Below are positions 10,474 through 20,163 of a stretch of 64,000 nt of DNA, one piece after another (the first letter of the stretch is position 1; each line of letters begins with the position of its first letter). Location: NCBI GenBank assembly GCA_963815115.1, contig CAWFFN010000005.1, positions 1,737,077 through 1,801,076 on the forward strand. Reading direction: 5' to 3'. The notes beneath the pieces are model-generated. The model saw only the letters and a list, made by a program, of their open reading frames with translations. It did not search any database and was not told the origin of the DNA. The translations under genes and the position numbers were made by a program. Origin of the DNA: an uncultured delta proteobacterium. Its GTDB lineage: Bacteria > Desulfobacterota > Binatia > DP-6.

Positions 10474-11466
10474 ATGCGGCCTCAAATGGCTGTGAGGACG
10501 CCGGCCGCCGCCTCGACCAGGAAGCGCAAGTCGCCGCGGAAGAGACAGGTGGCGAGCAGCAAGGGCCTCACGGTTGCGGAGGTGGCCGACCCCCAGGACG
10601 ATGCCCGGCGCATGGCGGCGACCATCACGGCCGACGGCGGTGAGGTGCTGGGGATGTACCGCGATCCGCTGGGGGGCCACCCGGTGGTGGTGGCGGCACT
10701 GCCCATCGACAAGATCGAGCCCACTCCCTACCAGCGCGATCGCAGCGAGGCGCACGTGAAGAAGCTGGCGAGCGCGATGGAGCGCGTGGGCCGGTTCCTC
10801 GATCCGCTCATCGCCGTCCGCAAGGACGGCCACTACTGGACCCCGAACGGCAACCACCGCCTCGGGGCCATGGCCCTGATGGGCATGAAGTCGATCACCG
10901 CGCTCGTGCTGCCCGAGGAGGACGTCGCCCTCCAGATTCTCGCTCTCAACACCGAGAAGGCGCACAACCTGAAGGAGCGGTCGCTCGAGGTGATCCGCAT
11001 GTACCGTGGCCTCGTCGGCGCCCGCGGGAGCGACAGGGAAGCCGACTTCGCAGCGATCTTCGAAGAGCCCCACTTCATCACCTTCGGCGCGACGTACGAA
11101 AAGCGTCCCCGGTTCTCCGCCGGCGCGTACACCTCGATCGTCAAGCGCCTCGAGGCGTTCGAGGACGTGGCGATCAGCCAGGGACTGAAGCTGCGCGAGG
11201 CGCGTGCGGATCGGCTGCTCGCTCTCGATGACGAGGTCGTGAAGGTGGTCGAGGAGCTCAAATCCCGTGGCCTCGTGAGCCCGTATCTCAAGTATTATGT
11301 CGTCGCGCGCGTGAACTTCCTGCGCTTCAAGAAGGGAGGCTCGTTCGACTTCGATGACACGATCGACAAGCTCAAAGCGGCCGCGAGGAAGATCGACATC
11401 GCGAAGGTTCGCAAGGAAGACGTCGCGAGGATGGGCGGCGCTCCGGCCGCCGGCGACGATGAGTGA
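10474..11466 (+). CDS. ParB/Srx N-terminal domain protein (no neighbouring parA)
   Basis: IEPTPYQRD, GRFLDPLIAV, TPNGNHRL, ILALNTEK. Confidence 0.8.
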   Translation: MRPQMAVRTPAAASTRKRKSPRKRQVASSKGLTVAEVADPQDDARRMAATITADGGEVLGMYRDPLGGHPVVVAALPIDKIEPTPYQRDRSEAHVKKLASAMERVGRFLDPLIAVRKDGHYWTPNGNHRLGAMALMGMKSITALVLPEEDVALQILALNTEKAHNLKERSLEVIRMYRGLVGARGSDREADFAAIFEEPHFITFGATYEKRPRFSAGAYTSIVKRLEAFEDVAISQGLKLREARADRLLALDDEVVKVVEELKSRGLVSPYLKYYVVARVNFLRFKKGGSFDFDDTIDKLKAAARKIDIAKVRKEDVARMGGAPAAGDDE

Positions 11467-11502
11467 CGCTCGCACGCCGATGCGGACGGCAGCGGAGGGC
11501 GA

Positions 11503-13467
11503 GTGGCGCACACGCTCGGTCGACCGCGCCCGCCGGCCCGCAGCAGTCGGGCGGCGTCGAGGCCGAGGACGCGCCGGCGGCTGGTGGTAGAGCAGGTGGC
11601 GAACCCGATACAGCAACTCCGTTCGCTGATGCGCCACACGCGCCGGGTCGCGTCGAGCCCCCTGCGGCGCCCCGATTTCCGCCACGCCGACGCCTTGCGC
11701 GAGCGCTTCCGGCAGGACGGCATCGTCCGCTGCCGTCGAGGTGTCCGGCTCTTCTGCTGGCTTGCCATCACGCTCCTCGCCGTGAGCGCCTTCAACAGCT
11801 ACGTGGAGGAGCCCGTTCTCTTCCCGGCGCTGCTGCGTGTCCGGTTCGCGAGCATGTGCCTGCTCGTCGTCGTTCTCGTCCTGCTCGGGACCCGCCTCGG
11901 GAGGCGGCGGCCAAGAGAGCTCGCGCTGCTGTTCGTGCTCATCATCGGCCTCACGTTTCACGACCTCGCGGTCACGGCGCCCGCGCAGGCCGGCGTGCAG
12001 TACGACCGCATGAACCTGGTCGTGCTCGGCCTGGCCGTGCTGATCGTGTGGAGCCCCGCCTGGTCTGCCGTCGCCTGCGGGATCATGATCGCGGTGTACG
12101 TCGTCGGGTTCCTTTCGACCCGCGGCGGACCGGACGCGATCGGATTTGGCGCCCACCTCGTCCGTCTCATCGCCACCAGTCTCGTGACCATCGGCGTCAC
12201 CGCGATCCAGCACCGCCGGCGGTGGCGCGAGCTCGTCAACCTGCAGGCCCTGGCCGATGCCCGCGTGGAGAGCCGGGAAACCCAGGCACGCTACCAGCTG
12301 CTCATCGACACGGCCGGCAGCGCGATCGTCGTCGTATCGCCGGAGCACCGGATCCTGGAGTTCAATCGCGAGGCCGAGGCGATCTACGGCGCCCGGCGGT
12401 CCGAGGTGCTCGGCAAGGACTACTTCGAGCTTTTCCTGCCGGTCGAGCGCCGGCCGATCGTGGCGGGGATGATTCGACGGATCCTCGCCGGGGAGACTGT
12501 CCACGAGTACGAAACCGTGCTCCAGACGCGCAGCGGCGACCAGCGCATCATGCTGTGGAACGTCCGGCGACTGTGCGGCGCGGCCGGCAAGGCCCTGGGC
12601 GTCATCGGGATCGGTCAGGACATCACCCAACGGAAGCACGCCGAGGAGCAGGTCCATCGGCTGAACGAGGAGCTCGAGGCCCGCGTCATCATGCGCACTG
12701 CCGAGCTGAGCGCCAGCGAGGAGCGCGCGCGCGAGCACCAGGCGCACCTGGCGCACGTGCTCCGGGTGAGCACGATGGGCGAGATGGCCGCCGCACTGGC
12801 CCACGAGCTCAACCAGCCACTCGGTGCGATCGTCAACTACGCCAACGGCATCGGCGTCCGGCTGCGCGAGGGGGGGCTCGCGCCGGACGACCTGCAGGAG
12901 GCGGTGACACGCATCGCGGCGGAGGGCCTGCGGGCGGGCGAGATCATTCGCCGGTCGCGCGATTTCGTGCGCCAGAGCGTTGCCAACCGCGAGCGAGCGG
13001 ACGTCAATGTCGTCGTGCGCGACGCGGCCCAGCTGATCGGCCCGGATGCCCGCCGCATGAACATCCCGATCCGGCTCGCCCTCGAGCCGGAGCTTCCGCT
13101 GGTGGACATGGACCGCATCCAGGTGGAGCAGGTGATCCTGAACCTGCTGCGGAACGGCCTCGATGCGATCAGCGAGGCCGCTCCCGACCGCCACGAGCTC
13201 CTCATCCAGACCCGGAGCGTGTCCGCGGACACGGTCGAGGTGAGCGTACGGGACACGGGCGTCGGCATGTCCCCGGCAACACGAGAGCGCATCTTCGATC
13301 CGTTCTTCACCACCAAGTCGGGCGGGCTCGGAATGGGACTGTCGATCAGCCGCTCGATCATCGAGGCGCACGGCGGTCGCCTGTGGGCGATCGGGAACCC
13401 GGATCGCGGCATGACGTTCTGCTTCACGTTGCCGTCGAAGCATCGCGGCGAGATCCGGGCTGCGTAG
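11503..13467 (+). CDS. Membrane PAS-domain sensor histidine kinase (FixL/TodS-like kinase core)
   Basis: About 5 TM helices, PAS/PAC, H-box LAHELNQPL, EQVILNLLRN, DTGVG, FDPFFTTK, GLGMGL; start uncertain. Confidence 0.92.
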   Translation: MAHTLGRPRPPARSSRAASRPRTRRRLVVEQVANPIQQLRSLMRHTRRVASSPLRRPDFRHADALRERFRQDGIVRCRRGVRLFCWLAITLLAVSAFNSYVEEPVLFPALLRVRFASMCLLVVVLVLLGTRLGRRRPRELALLFVLIIGLTFHDLAVTAPAQAGVQYDRMNLVVLGLAVLIVWSPAWSAVACGIMIAVYVVGFLSTRGGPDAIGFGAHLVRLIATSLVTIGVTAIQHRRRWRELVNLQALADARVESRETQARYQLLIDTAGSAIVVVSPEHRILEFNREAEAIYGARRSEVLGKDYFELFLPVERRPIVAGMIRRILAGETVHEYETVLQTRSGDQRIMLWNVRRLCGAAGKALGVIGIGQDITQRKHAEEQVHRLNEELEARVIMRTAELSASEERAREHQAHLAHVLRVSTMGEMAAALAHELNQPLGAIVNYANGIGVRLREGGLAPDDLQEAVTRIAAEGLRAGEIIRRSRDFVRQSVANRERADVNVVVRDAAQLIGPDARRMNIPIRLALEPELPLVDMDRIQVEQVILNLLRNGLDAISEAAPDRHELLIQTRSVSADTVEVSVRDTGVGMSPATRERIFDPFFTTKSGGLGMGLSISRSIIEAHGGRLWAIGNPDRGMTFCFTLPSKHRGEIRAA

Positions 13468-13515
13468 CTTCGGCCGGCGGGCTCCGACGCCCTTCGCCGG
13501 CAGGGCACGTACTGA

Positions 13516-13564
13516 ACTGATGATATCATCAGTCTTGACATGACCATCAGGCGAGGCGTATCGT
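13516..13564 (+). promoter_or_regulatory. Perfect 18-bp operator palindrome next to a sigma70 promoter
   Basis: ACTGATGATATCATCAGT (13516-13533); TTGACA (13535-13540); TATCGT (13559-13564). Confidence 0.75.
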
Positions 13565-13571
13565 CCGCTCC

Positions 13572-14255
13572 ATGGCCGGAACGCGAGCCCAGCGCGGCAA
13601 GGCGCCGAGGACGACACGCACGGCAACGGCCGGTGGACGCGGAGCCCGCCGCCGCGAGGAGACCAGGGCCCGCCTCGTGTCGGCGGCGCGCGAGGTGATG
13701 GCCCGCAAGGGCATCGGGTCCACCTCGATCCAGGAGATCACCGACACCGCCGACGTCGGATTCGGGTCGTTCTACAACCATTTCGCGTCCAAGGAGTCGA
13801 TCGCCGACGCCGTCATGGAGGAGGCGCTCGAGCGCTTCGGCGCGGCCGCGGATCGGCTCGTGGAGACGCTCGATGATCCCGCCGAGGTGCTGGCAGCGTC
13901 GGTCCGGCATGCCGTCGGGACGGCCGCCACCGACGAGGCGTGGGGCTGGTTCCTCGTGCGCACGGCCCTGGCACGCGCCGACGGGCTGCGCAGCACGCTC
14001 GGGCAGCGGCTCGCCCGCGACGTCCAGATCGGGATCGCGAAGGGGCGCTTCACGACCGACGACCCCATCGGCGCGATGGTCGCCGCCGGCGGCGCGATCC
14101 TCGCCATCGTGGCGGCGCGTCTCCACGGCGAGCTCGGCGACGATGCACCCGAGCGCGCCGCGACCGCCGTCCTGACGCTCCTCGGGCTCCCCCCGCGCGA
14201 GGCCCGTGCGGTCGCTCGCCGGCCGCTGCCCGCCATCGCGCCGCTCTCGCGCTGA
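13572..14255 (+). CDS. TetR/AcrR family regulator
   Basis: SIQEITDTADVGFGSFYNHFASKE. Confidence 0.93.
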   Translation: MAGTRAQRGKAPRTTRTATAGGRGARRREETRARLVSAAREVMARKGIGSTSIQEITDTADVGFGSFYNHFASKESIADAVMEEALERFGAAADRLVETLDDPAEVLAASVRHAVGTAATDEAWGWFLVRTALARADGLRSTLGQRLARDVQIGIAKGRFTTDDPIGAMVAAGGAILAIVAARLHGELGDDAPERAATAVLTLLGLPPREARAVARRPLPAIAPLSR

Positions 14256-14270
14256 CACGGGGGACACCAT

Positions 14271-15143
14271 ATGAGGCTCGCCACCTTCACCCACGACGGC
14301 GCGACGCGCATCGGTGTGGTCACCGACGACGGCATCGTCGACCTCGCCGCGGCGGCGCCCGCGCTGCCCCGCGACATGGTGGCGCTGCTGGCGGCCGGGG
14401 GCGATGCCCTCGCCGGCGTACGCACCGCCGCGACGAGGGGAGGGGGCCGCCTGGCCCTCGCGGACGTGACGCTCGAGGCGCCCGTTCCCCGGCCGCCGAA
14501 GTTCCTCGGCATCGGTCTCAACTACGCCGATCACGTGAAGGAGTCGGGCTTCGAGCCGCCGGCGGTGCCGGTCATGTTCAACAAGCAGTCCACGTGTGTC
14601 ACCGGGCCATATGCGCCCATTCACCTGCCGCGTGTGTCGCCGCTCCTGGACTACGAGGGCGAGCTCGCCTTCGTCATCGGCCGCCGCTGCCGGCACGTGC
14701 CGCGCGAGCGCGCGCACGAGGTGATCGCCGGCTACTGCATCGTCGACGACGTCAGCGTCCGCGACTGGCAGCTCCGGACGCCAACGATGACGATGGGGAA
14801 GTCGTTCGACACCCACGGACCCATGGGACCGTGGCTGGTGACATCGGACGAGGTCGGCGACCCGCACGCCCTCGTGCTCCGGACCTGGGTGAACGGTGAG
14901 CTCCGCCAGCACTCGTGCACGAGCCAGCTCATCTTCGACTGCTACGCGCAGGTCGAGCACCTCTCCACCGCGTTCACGCTGGAACCAGGCGATGTCGTCA
15001 CGACCGGCACGCCCTCCGGCGTGGGCGGTGCCATGCAGCCGCCGCGCTTCCTGCAACTCGGCGACGTGGTCCGCGTCGAGATCGAGAAGCTCGGCGCGAT
15101 CGAGAACCGGGTCGTGGCCGAGCCCGAAGGCAGCATCCTGTGA
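14271..15143 (+). CDS. Fumarylacetoacetate hydrolase family protein
   Basis: GIGLNYADH, LDYEGEL, DVSVRDWQ, GKSFDT, TTGTPSGVG. Confidence 0.95.
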   Translation: MRLATFTHDGATRIGVVTDDGIVDLAAAAPALPRDMVALLAAGGDALAGVRTAATRGGGRLALADVTLEAPVPRPPKFLGIGLNYADHVKESGFEPPAVPVMFNKQSTCVTGPYAPIHLPRVSPLLDYEGELAFVIGRRCRHVPRERAHEVIAGYCIVDDVSVRDWQLRTPTMTMGKSFDTHGPMGPWLVTSDEVGDPHALVLRTWVNGELRQHSCTSQLIFDCYAQVEHLSTAFTLEPGDVVTTGTPSGVGGAMQPPRFLQLGDVVRVEIEKLGAIENRVVAEPEGSIL

Positions 15144-16879
15144 CCGTACCGCGTCTGCAGACCGAGGTCCTCGTCATCGGCGGAGGTCCCGTCGGCCTGT
15201 CGACCGCCCTGCACCTCGACGCGCAGGGCATCGACTGCGTGCTGGTCGAGAAGCATCCCACCACCGCAACCCATCCGAAGGCGTCCTACTTCAACGTGCG
15301 CACCATGGAGCTGCTGCGCCAGCTCGGCGTCGCCAACGACGTGTACGCGACCGCGCTCTTTCCCCGGGGAGTTTCGTTCTACACGAGCCTCTGCGGCTAC
15401 AAGCTCGGCGTGCTGGGCGCCGCCGATGCCCCGGACCACGTCGAGCGTGTCATGCGGTCCACCGCCAGCCCGGGCTGCGTGTCCTCGCAGATCGTGCTCG
15501 AAGCGATACTCAAGGAGCATGCCGAGCGGGCGAGACACGCCACGATCCTGTTCGGGCACGAGAAGGTCGCGCTCGAGGAGAGCGCCGACATGGTTCGCAC
15601 GACCGTCGTCGAGTGCAGCACGGGAAGGCGGACCGCGATCGAAGCGGAATACGTCATCGTCTGCGAGGGTGTGCGCAGCGTGACGCGCGACGAGCTCGGT
15701 GGTGCGCTGATCGGCCCACCGCCGTTCGGCCATGTGATCAACATCTATCTCGAGGCGGATCTCGAGAGTCTCGTCGAGGAACGTGACCAGGCGCTGTTCT
15801 GGACCGCAACGCCGAAGGCGCCGGGAGCATTCATCGCGCTCGGTGGCGACCGCCGGAAGTACTGCTTCAACACGCCGTGGTTTCCAGAGGATGGGGAGCG
15901 CGTCGAGGATTTCACCGAGGAGCGCTGCCTCGAGCGTGTCCGGTCCGCGATCGGCAGCGACCGGCTGCCCGTCAGGATCCTCTCCATCGGTTCCTGGGTG
16001 CTGTGTGGGCAGGTCATCGACCGCTACCGCAGGGGCCGCGTCTTCTTCGGGGGCGACACCGCACACTCGAACATCCCCACCGGCGGGTTCGGCTTCAATA
16101 CCGGCATGCAGGAGACACACAATCTGGCCTGGAAACTCGCCCGCGTTCTGCATGGTGACTCCCCGGAGACGCTACTCGACAGCTACCACCAGGAGCGCCG
16201 TCCGGTCGCCGAGTTCAACGTCGAGAAGAGCCGTGAGAATGCCGTCAACATTCGCGACACGGGTGCCACCTTCGGCGGCCGGGTGCCGGATTCGGACGAA
16301 GTCGATCTCGACACGCCACGGGGCCGAGCCCAGCGCGCCGAGAAGACCCGCGCCATCGCGCGCCAGAAGACGCACTTCCTCTTCCTCGGGCAGGAGATCG
16401 GCTACGGCTACTGGGACTCGGCCATCGTCGTGCCCGACGGCACGCGGCACTATGCCGAGGAGCACGCGGTGGAGAATGCCGTCTACGAGTATGTGCCGAA
16501 CGCCCGGCCAGGTGCACGCGCGCCGCACTGCTGGGTGCTGCGCGACGGCGAGCGGCTGCCGATCCTCGATGTCCTGACGCGCGACTTCGTCCTGCTGACC
16601 CATGGCGAGGACGGCGCCGCATGGGCCCGCGGTCTCGATGGGAAGGATCGGGCTCGCCACCATCACGTCGGTCCGGCCGGCACGACTGCCGACCTGGTCG
16701 ATGTGGACGGAGCCTGGCCGCGCGCTTATGGCATCGCCGGCGACGGCGCCGTCCTCGTGCGCCCCGACGGGCATGTCGCCTGGCGTGCCCTCAGCGGACC
16801 GGACGAGCACACGGGCATCGGGGTTGCCGAGGCGCTCGACGTCGCGACCGGACGGAAATCGAAAGGAGCACGGGTATGA
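15140..16879 (+). CDS. FAD-dependent aromatic monooxygenase (PheA/TfdB-like)
   Basis: IGGGPVGL, GDTAH..PTGGFGFNTG.Q..HNLAWKL, PGARAPH, LVRPDGHVAWR; GTGA overlap with upstream stop. Confidence 0.9.
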   Translation: MTVPRLQTEVLVIGGGPVGLSTALHLDAQGIDCVLVEKHPTTATHPKASYFNVRTMELLRQLGVANDVYATALFPRGVSFYTSLCGYKLGVLGAADAPDHVERVMRSTASPGCVSSQIVLEAILKEHAERARHATILFGHEKVALEESADMVRTTVVECSTGRRTAIEAEYVIVCEGVRSVTRDELGGALIGPPPFGHVINIYLEADLESLVEERDQALFWTATPKAPGAFIALGGDRRKYCFNTPWFPEDGERVEDFTEERCLERVRSAIGSDRLPVRILSIGSWVLCGQVIDRYRRGRVFFGGDTAHSNIPTGGFGFNTGMQETHNLAWKLARVLHGDSPETLLDSYHQERRPVAEFNVEKSRENAVNIRDTGATFGGRVPDSDEVDLDTPRGRAQRAEKTRAIARQKTHFLFLGQEIGYGYWDSAIVVPDGTRHYAEEHAVENAVYEYVPNARPGARAPHCWVLRDGERLPILDVLTRDFVLLTHGEDGAAWARGLDGKDRARHHHVGPAGTTADLVDVDGAWPRAYGIAGDGAVLVRPDGHVAWRALSGPDEHTGIGVAEALDVATGRKSKGARV

Positions 16880-17481
16880 GCACCCAGCATGATCGAGCCC
16901 GCAGCCTTGCGCCGGAGCGCGGCGTCGTGAAGCCACGCCAGCTCGCGCACGTGGTGCGCCGTACGGCTCGTCTCGACGAGCTCGTGCGCTGGTATTGCAC
17001 GGTGCTGGGCGCCGAGGTGGTGCACGCGGATGGCATGCTGGCCTTCCTCACCTACGACGACGAGCACCATCGCATCGCGATCGCCAACATTCCGGGTCTC
17101 GGGGAGCAACCCGCGTTGGCTGCTGGCACCGACCACATCGCCTTCACGTATGCCGACCTGGGCGACCTTCTCCACACCTACGTCCGACTCGCGGCCGAGG
17201 GCATCACTCCCTTCTGGTGCATCAATCATGGCCCTACCACGTCGATGTACTACAAGGATCCGGACGGGAGTCGCGTCGAGCTGCAGGTCGACAACATGCC
17301 GTCGAGCGAGGCGATCGACGCCTGGATGCGCAGCGGCGAGTTCGCGGCGAACCCGATCGGCGTCGTGTTCGACCCGGCCGAGCTCCTGGCACGCTACCGC
17401 GCGGGGGAACCTCTCTCTACCCTCACCGCGCGCCCGGCTCTGCCGGAGGGAGCGACTCCCTTCGACATGCTGCGGTTCTGA
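16876..17481 (+). CDS. VOC/glyoxalase-fold protein (extradiol dioxygenase-like)
   Basis: LAHVV, YDDEHHRIA, HIAFTY, NHGPTTSMYYKDPDG..ELQ; ATGA overlap. Confidence 0.88.
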   Translation: MSTQHDRARSLAPERGVVKPRQLAHVVRRTARLDELVRWYCTVLGAEVVHADGMLAFLTYDDEHHRIAIANIPGLGEQPALAAGTDHIAFTYADLGDLLHTYVRLAAEGITPFWCINHGPTTSMYYKDPDGSRVELQVDNMPSSEAIDAWMRSGEFAANPIGVVFDPAELLARYRAGEPLSTLTARPALPEGATPFDMLRF

Positions 17482-17494
17482 GCGCTCGCGAACG

Positions 17495-17650
17495 CTACGG
17501 CGCAGTCCGCGTGAGCGCCATGATGACCAGAACGAGCAATAGCAACGAGAGCCCGCCGCTCGGATAGTAGCCCCACCCCGAGCTGTAGGGCCACGTGGGC
17601 AGGGCGCCCACGATCAGCAGCAGCACCAGCACGAGCAGTATGAGATTCAT
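17495..17650 (-). CDS. DUF3309 family small membrane protein (51 aa, not in ORF track)
   Basis: GGAGG RBS; LIVGALPTWPYSSGWGYYPSGG. Confidence 0.85.
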   Translation of the reverse strand: MNLILLVLVLLLIVGALPTWPYSSGWGYYPSGGLSLLLLVLVIMALTRTAP

Positions 17651-17697
17651 CTTCGCCTCCTGCGTTCGGTAGTGCGCAGTCGAAACGTCCCTTCGAG

Positions 17698-18129
17698 TCA
17701 GGCGGCCTTGGGGCCCGCCATCTGTTCCGCAAGCTCGGAGCTGCGCGCCCCTCCCAGCCGGCGCTCGGCCATGGGGAACATCTCCTCTTCCTCTTCGTCG
17801 ACGTGGTGACCGACCAGTTCCTTCAAGACGGTCACCTTCGCCGCGAAGTTGTCGGCGCTTGGATCGACGTCGGGCAGCTCCGCGAGCACCAGCTTCACCA
17901 CGTGGTGCTCCTCGTATGCCTCACCGACCATGTCCTCCGCCTTCCTCGTGCCGATCCCCCGAACAGCCGGATAGAAGACGTTTTCCTCGATCTCGGTATG
18001 ATGCTCGAGGGCCTCGATGATGTCCCGCACGGCCTTGCGGCGCGTGTTCGTGTTCTTGGTCTTGAGGGCAGTCGAGAACAGCTTCTCCACCTCCCGGTGC
18101 TGTCGCTTCAGGAGCACGGTCGCCTTCAT
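17698..18129 (-). CDS. Hemerythrin/HHE cation-binding domain protein
   Basis: LKRQHREV, HTEIEENVFYP, EEHHVVK, HHVDEEEEEMFP. Confidence 0.9.
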   Translation of the reverse strand: MKATVLLKRQHREVEKLFSTALKTKNTNTRRKAVRDIIEALEHHTEIEENVFYPAVRGIGTRKAEDMVGEAYEEHHVVKLVLAELPDVDPSADNFAAKVTVLKELVGHHVDEEEEEMFPMAERRLGGARSSELAEQMAGPKAA

Positions 18130-18462
18130 GGGTCGTCCTTTCTGTTCAGACCGGCCAGCGCGTCTGCGCGGCTTGAGATGCAAGCGGCTCGCCACCCCCG
18201 GCGAACCGGAAGTACGGTGTGCGCCAATCGGGCCCGTGTAGTTCCTTCAGCCCTGCGGTCGATTTTTCCACGTTGGCCGTGAGCCAGGCCGCCCTTCCGA
18301 GCGCTTCCCTTCCGGAGTGCTCCTTGCATCTCGTGGCCCGGCTCCGTCATCCCAGGCACGCCCATCGGCGTCGTGCGACTCACGCGACGCGAGGGCGTCG
18401 AGGAGGCTGCTGCCGAGAACTACGTGCGTCGCGACCTGGAGTAGCGGGGCGGGAGCAGTGAG

Positions 18463-18816
18463 GTGATCGGCGAGACCGCGCTCAGGTTCCTGCTGGGCGG
18501 GACGATCGTAGCGCTGTTCGCGCTCGTCGGCGCGCTCTTCAGACCGCCGAGCTTTGCGGGAATCTTCGGCTCGGCACCGTCGCTCGCGCTCGCCACGTTG
18601 CTGATGGCCTTCGCGACACGCGGCTCGTCGTACGCCGCCACGGAGGCGCGGGCCATGATGATCGGCGCAGCCGGCCTCGTCGCTTACGGCGCCGTGTGCA
18701 GGTGGGTCGTGGCCCGGGCCGATGTGCCAGTCTGGGCGGGTGCGGCGCTCTGCTGGATCGTCTGGTTCGTGGTGACATTCGGCCTCTGGGCCGGGCTTTC
18801 CGAGGTCGTTTCATGA
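18463..18816 (+). CDS. DUF3147-like small membrane protein
   Basis: LRFLLGG..FAGIFGSAPSLALATL; 4 TM helices. Confidence 0.7.
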   Translation: MIGETALRFLLGGTIVALFALVGALFRPPSFAGIFGSAPSLALATLLMAFATRGSSYAATEARAMMIGAAGLVAYGAVCRWVVARADVPVWAGAALCWIVWFVVTFGLWAGLSEVVS

Positions 18817-19196
18817 ACCTTCACGTCGATGCGGGTACGCTCCGCAAGACGACACCGGCGGAGCACGCGGTTCGCTTCGTGTTCGGAGGGAGCATGACGG
18901 CGATGACGGGGCTCATCGCCCACGCCGTCGGTCCGGTCATCGGGGGCCTCTTCCTGGCCTTCCCGGCGATCCTCCCCGCCAGTCTGACCCTCGTTGCCAG
19001 TCACGAAGGACGGCAGAAAGCCGTGACCGAGGCCGGGGGCGCGATCCTGGGTGCGATCGCGCTCGCGGCCTTTGCGGCAACTGCCTGGCTCCTCTCACCG
19101 CATGCATCGCCCGTCGTGACCCTCGGCGCGGCGGCGGCCGTCTGGGCCATGGCTGCCGTCGTTCTCTGGTGGACGATTCATGGGCGCCGCGCGTGA
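18813..19196 (+). CDS. DUF3147-like small membrane protein (paralog)
   Basis: VRFVFGG, GGLFLAFPAILPASL; ATGA overlap. Confidence 0.7.
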   Translation: MNLHVDAGTLRKTTPAEHAVRFVFGGSMTAMTGLIAHAVGPVIGGLFLAFPAILPASLTLVASHEGRQKAVTEAGGAILGAIALAAFAATAWLLSPHASPVVTLGAAAAVWAMAAVVLWWTIHGRRA

Positions 19197-19359
19197 TGGC
19201 GGCGAGGGGCCCTCCACTGCGACGGTGAGTGAGCGAATGGCTGGCTCATCCGCTTGCCTCCTGCGACCGGTTCGTCTACGAGTTCTCGCGCTTCGTCTTC
19301 GTGAAGCAGGAGATCGGCGCGGACGCCGGTGAGCCGCAACGGGCATGGGTGAGGAGTTC

Positions 19360-19962
19360 ATGAGGGCGACCAGCATGCGGGATGGAACTACATGGGTGGC
19401 GATCGTCGTCGGAGCGCTCGCGCTCCCGTGGTGCACGGGATGCCCCCAGATGGCGATCACCACCGCGGCCACGACGGCAGCGAGCGCCATCGTGGACGAC
19501 CGTTCCATCGCCCAGCAGGGAGCCGATCTGGATCTCAAGGCGCGCATCGAGCAGCAGCTGCTCGCCGATGCACCCAGGCTGGCCGAGTCCGTCGACGTCG
19601 ACGTCTACCTCGGGCGTGTCATGCTGACCGGCGTCGTGTCCAGACCATCCAGCCGCCGCAAGGCGGTGGATCTGGTGCGTAGCGTCGCGGTCGACAACGA
19701 GGTGTTCGACGACATCGAGGTCGCCACCGGCGACGGACTCGGCGACATGGCCGGCGACTTCGCCGTCAACAAGGAGCTCGGCGTGAACCTGCTGGCCGCC
19801 GAGGGCATCGCATCGCAGAGCTTTCAGCACCGCGTCGTGAACGGGACCGCGTTCATCATGGGCCAGGCGAGGAACCCGGGGCAGGTCGAGACGGCTCGCC
19901 AGGTCGCCTTGCAGACGCCGGGCATCCAGCGCGTCGTGACGCACATCGTGGTGAACCAGTGA
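19360..19962 (+). CDS. Dual BON-domain lipoprotein (DolP/OsmY-like)
   Basis: GAGGAG RBS; lipobox-like CTGC; DDRS, GRVMLTG; second BON domain. Confidence 0.85.
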   Translation: MRATSMRDGTTWVAIVVGALALPWCTGCPQMAITTAATTAASAIVDDRSIAQQGADLDLKARIEQQLLADAPRLAESVDVDVYLGRVMLTGVVSRPSSRRKAVDLVRSVAVDNEVFDDIEVATGDGLGDMAGDFAVNKELGVNLLAAEGIASQSFQHRVVNGTAFIMGQARNPGQVETARQVALQTPGIQRVVTHIVVNQ

Positions 19963-20163
19963 CCGCGGCACGTCGAGGCCCCGGGTCTCCATCGAGCGAC
20001 GCGGAGGGCCTGAGTGTATCCGGGCGCACGTTGGCGCTCGCCCGGAAGCTCATCTTCGCCCTCGAGTAGCAGGCCCTGGGACCACACCGTCGCGGACTGG
20101 TTCGGGCGCATTTGGCGCATCTGGCGACGTGATTCTCCGTCTCCGCGCGGCTATCAAAGGCAG

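Noticed and set aside
10474-11466. Chromosome or plasmid partition locus
   Set aside because: No parA, no parS-like palindrome seen, and a non-canonical arginine patch.
10276-15056. Very long minus-strand ORFs (1116 aa and 739 aa) and many similar shadow ORFs
   Set aside because: They are antisense to well-supported genes, have no motifs, and are expected in high-GC DNA.
18200-18230. Sigma54 promoter for the hemerythrin gene (TGGCGC on the minus strand)
   Set aside because: The -12 position reads AC, not GC, at the required spacing.
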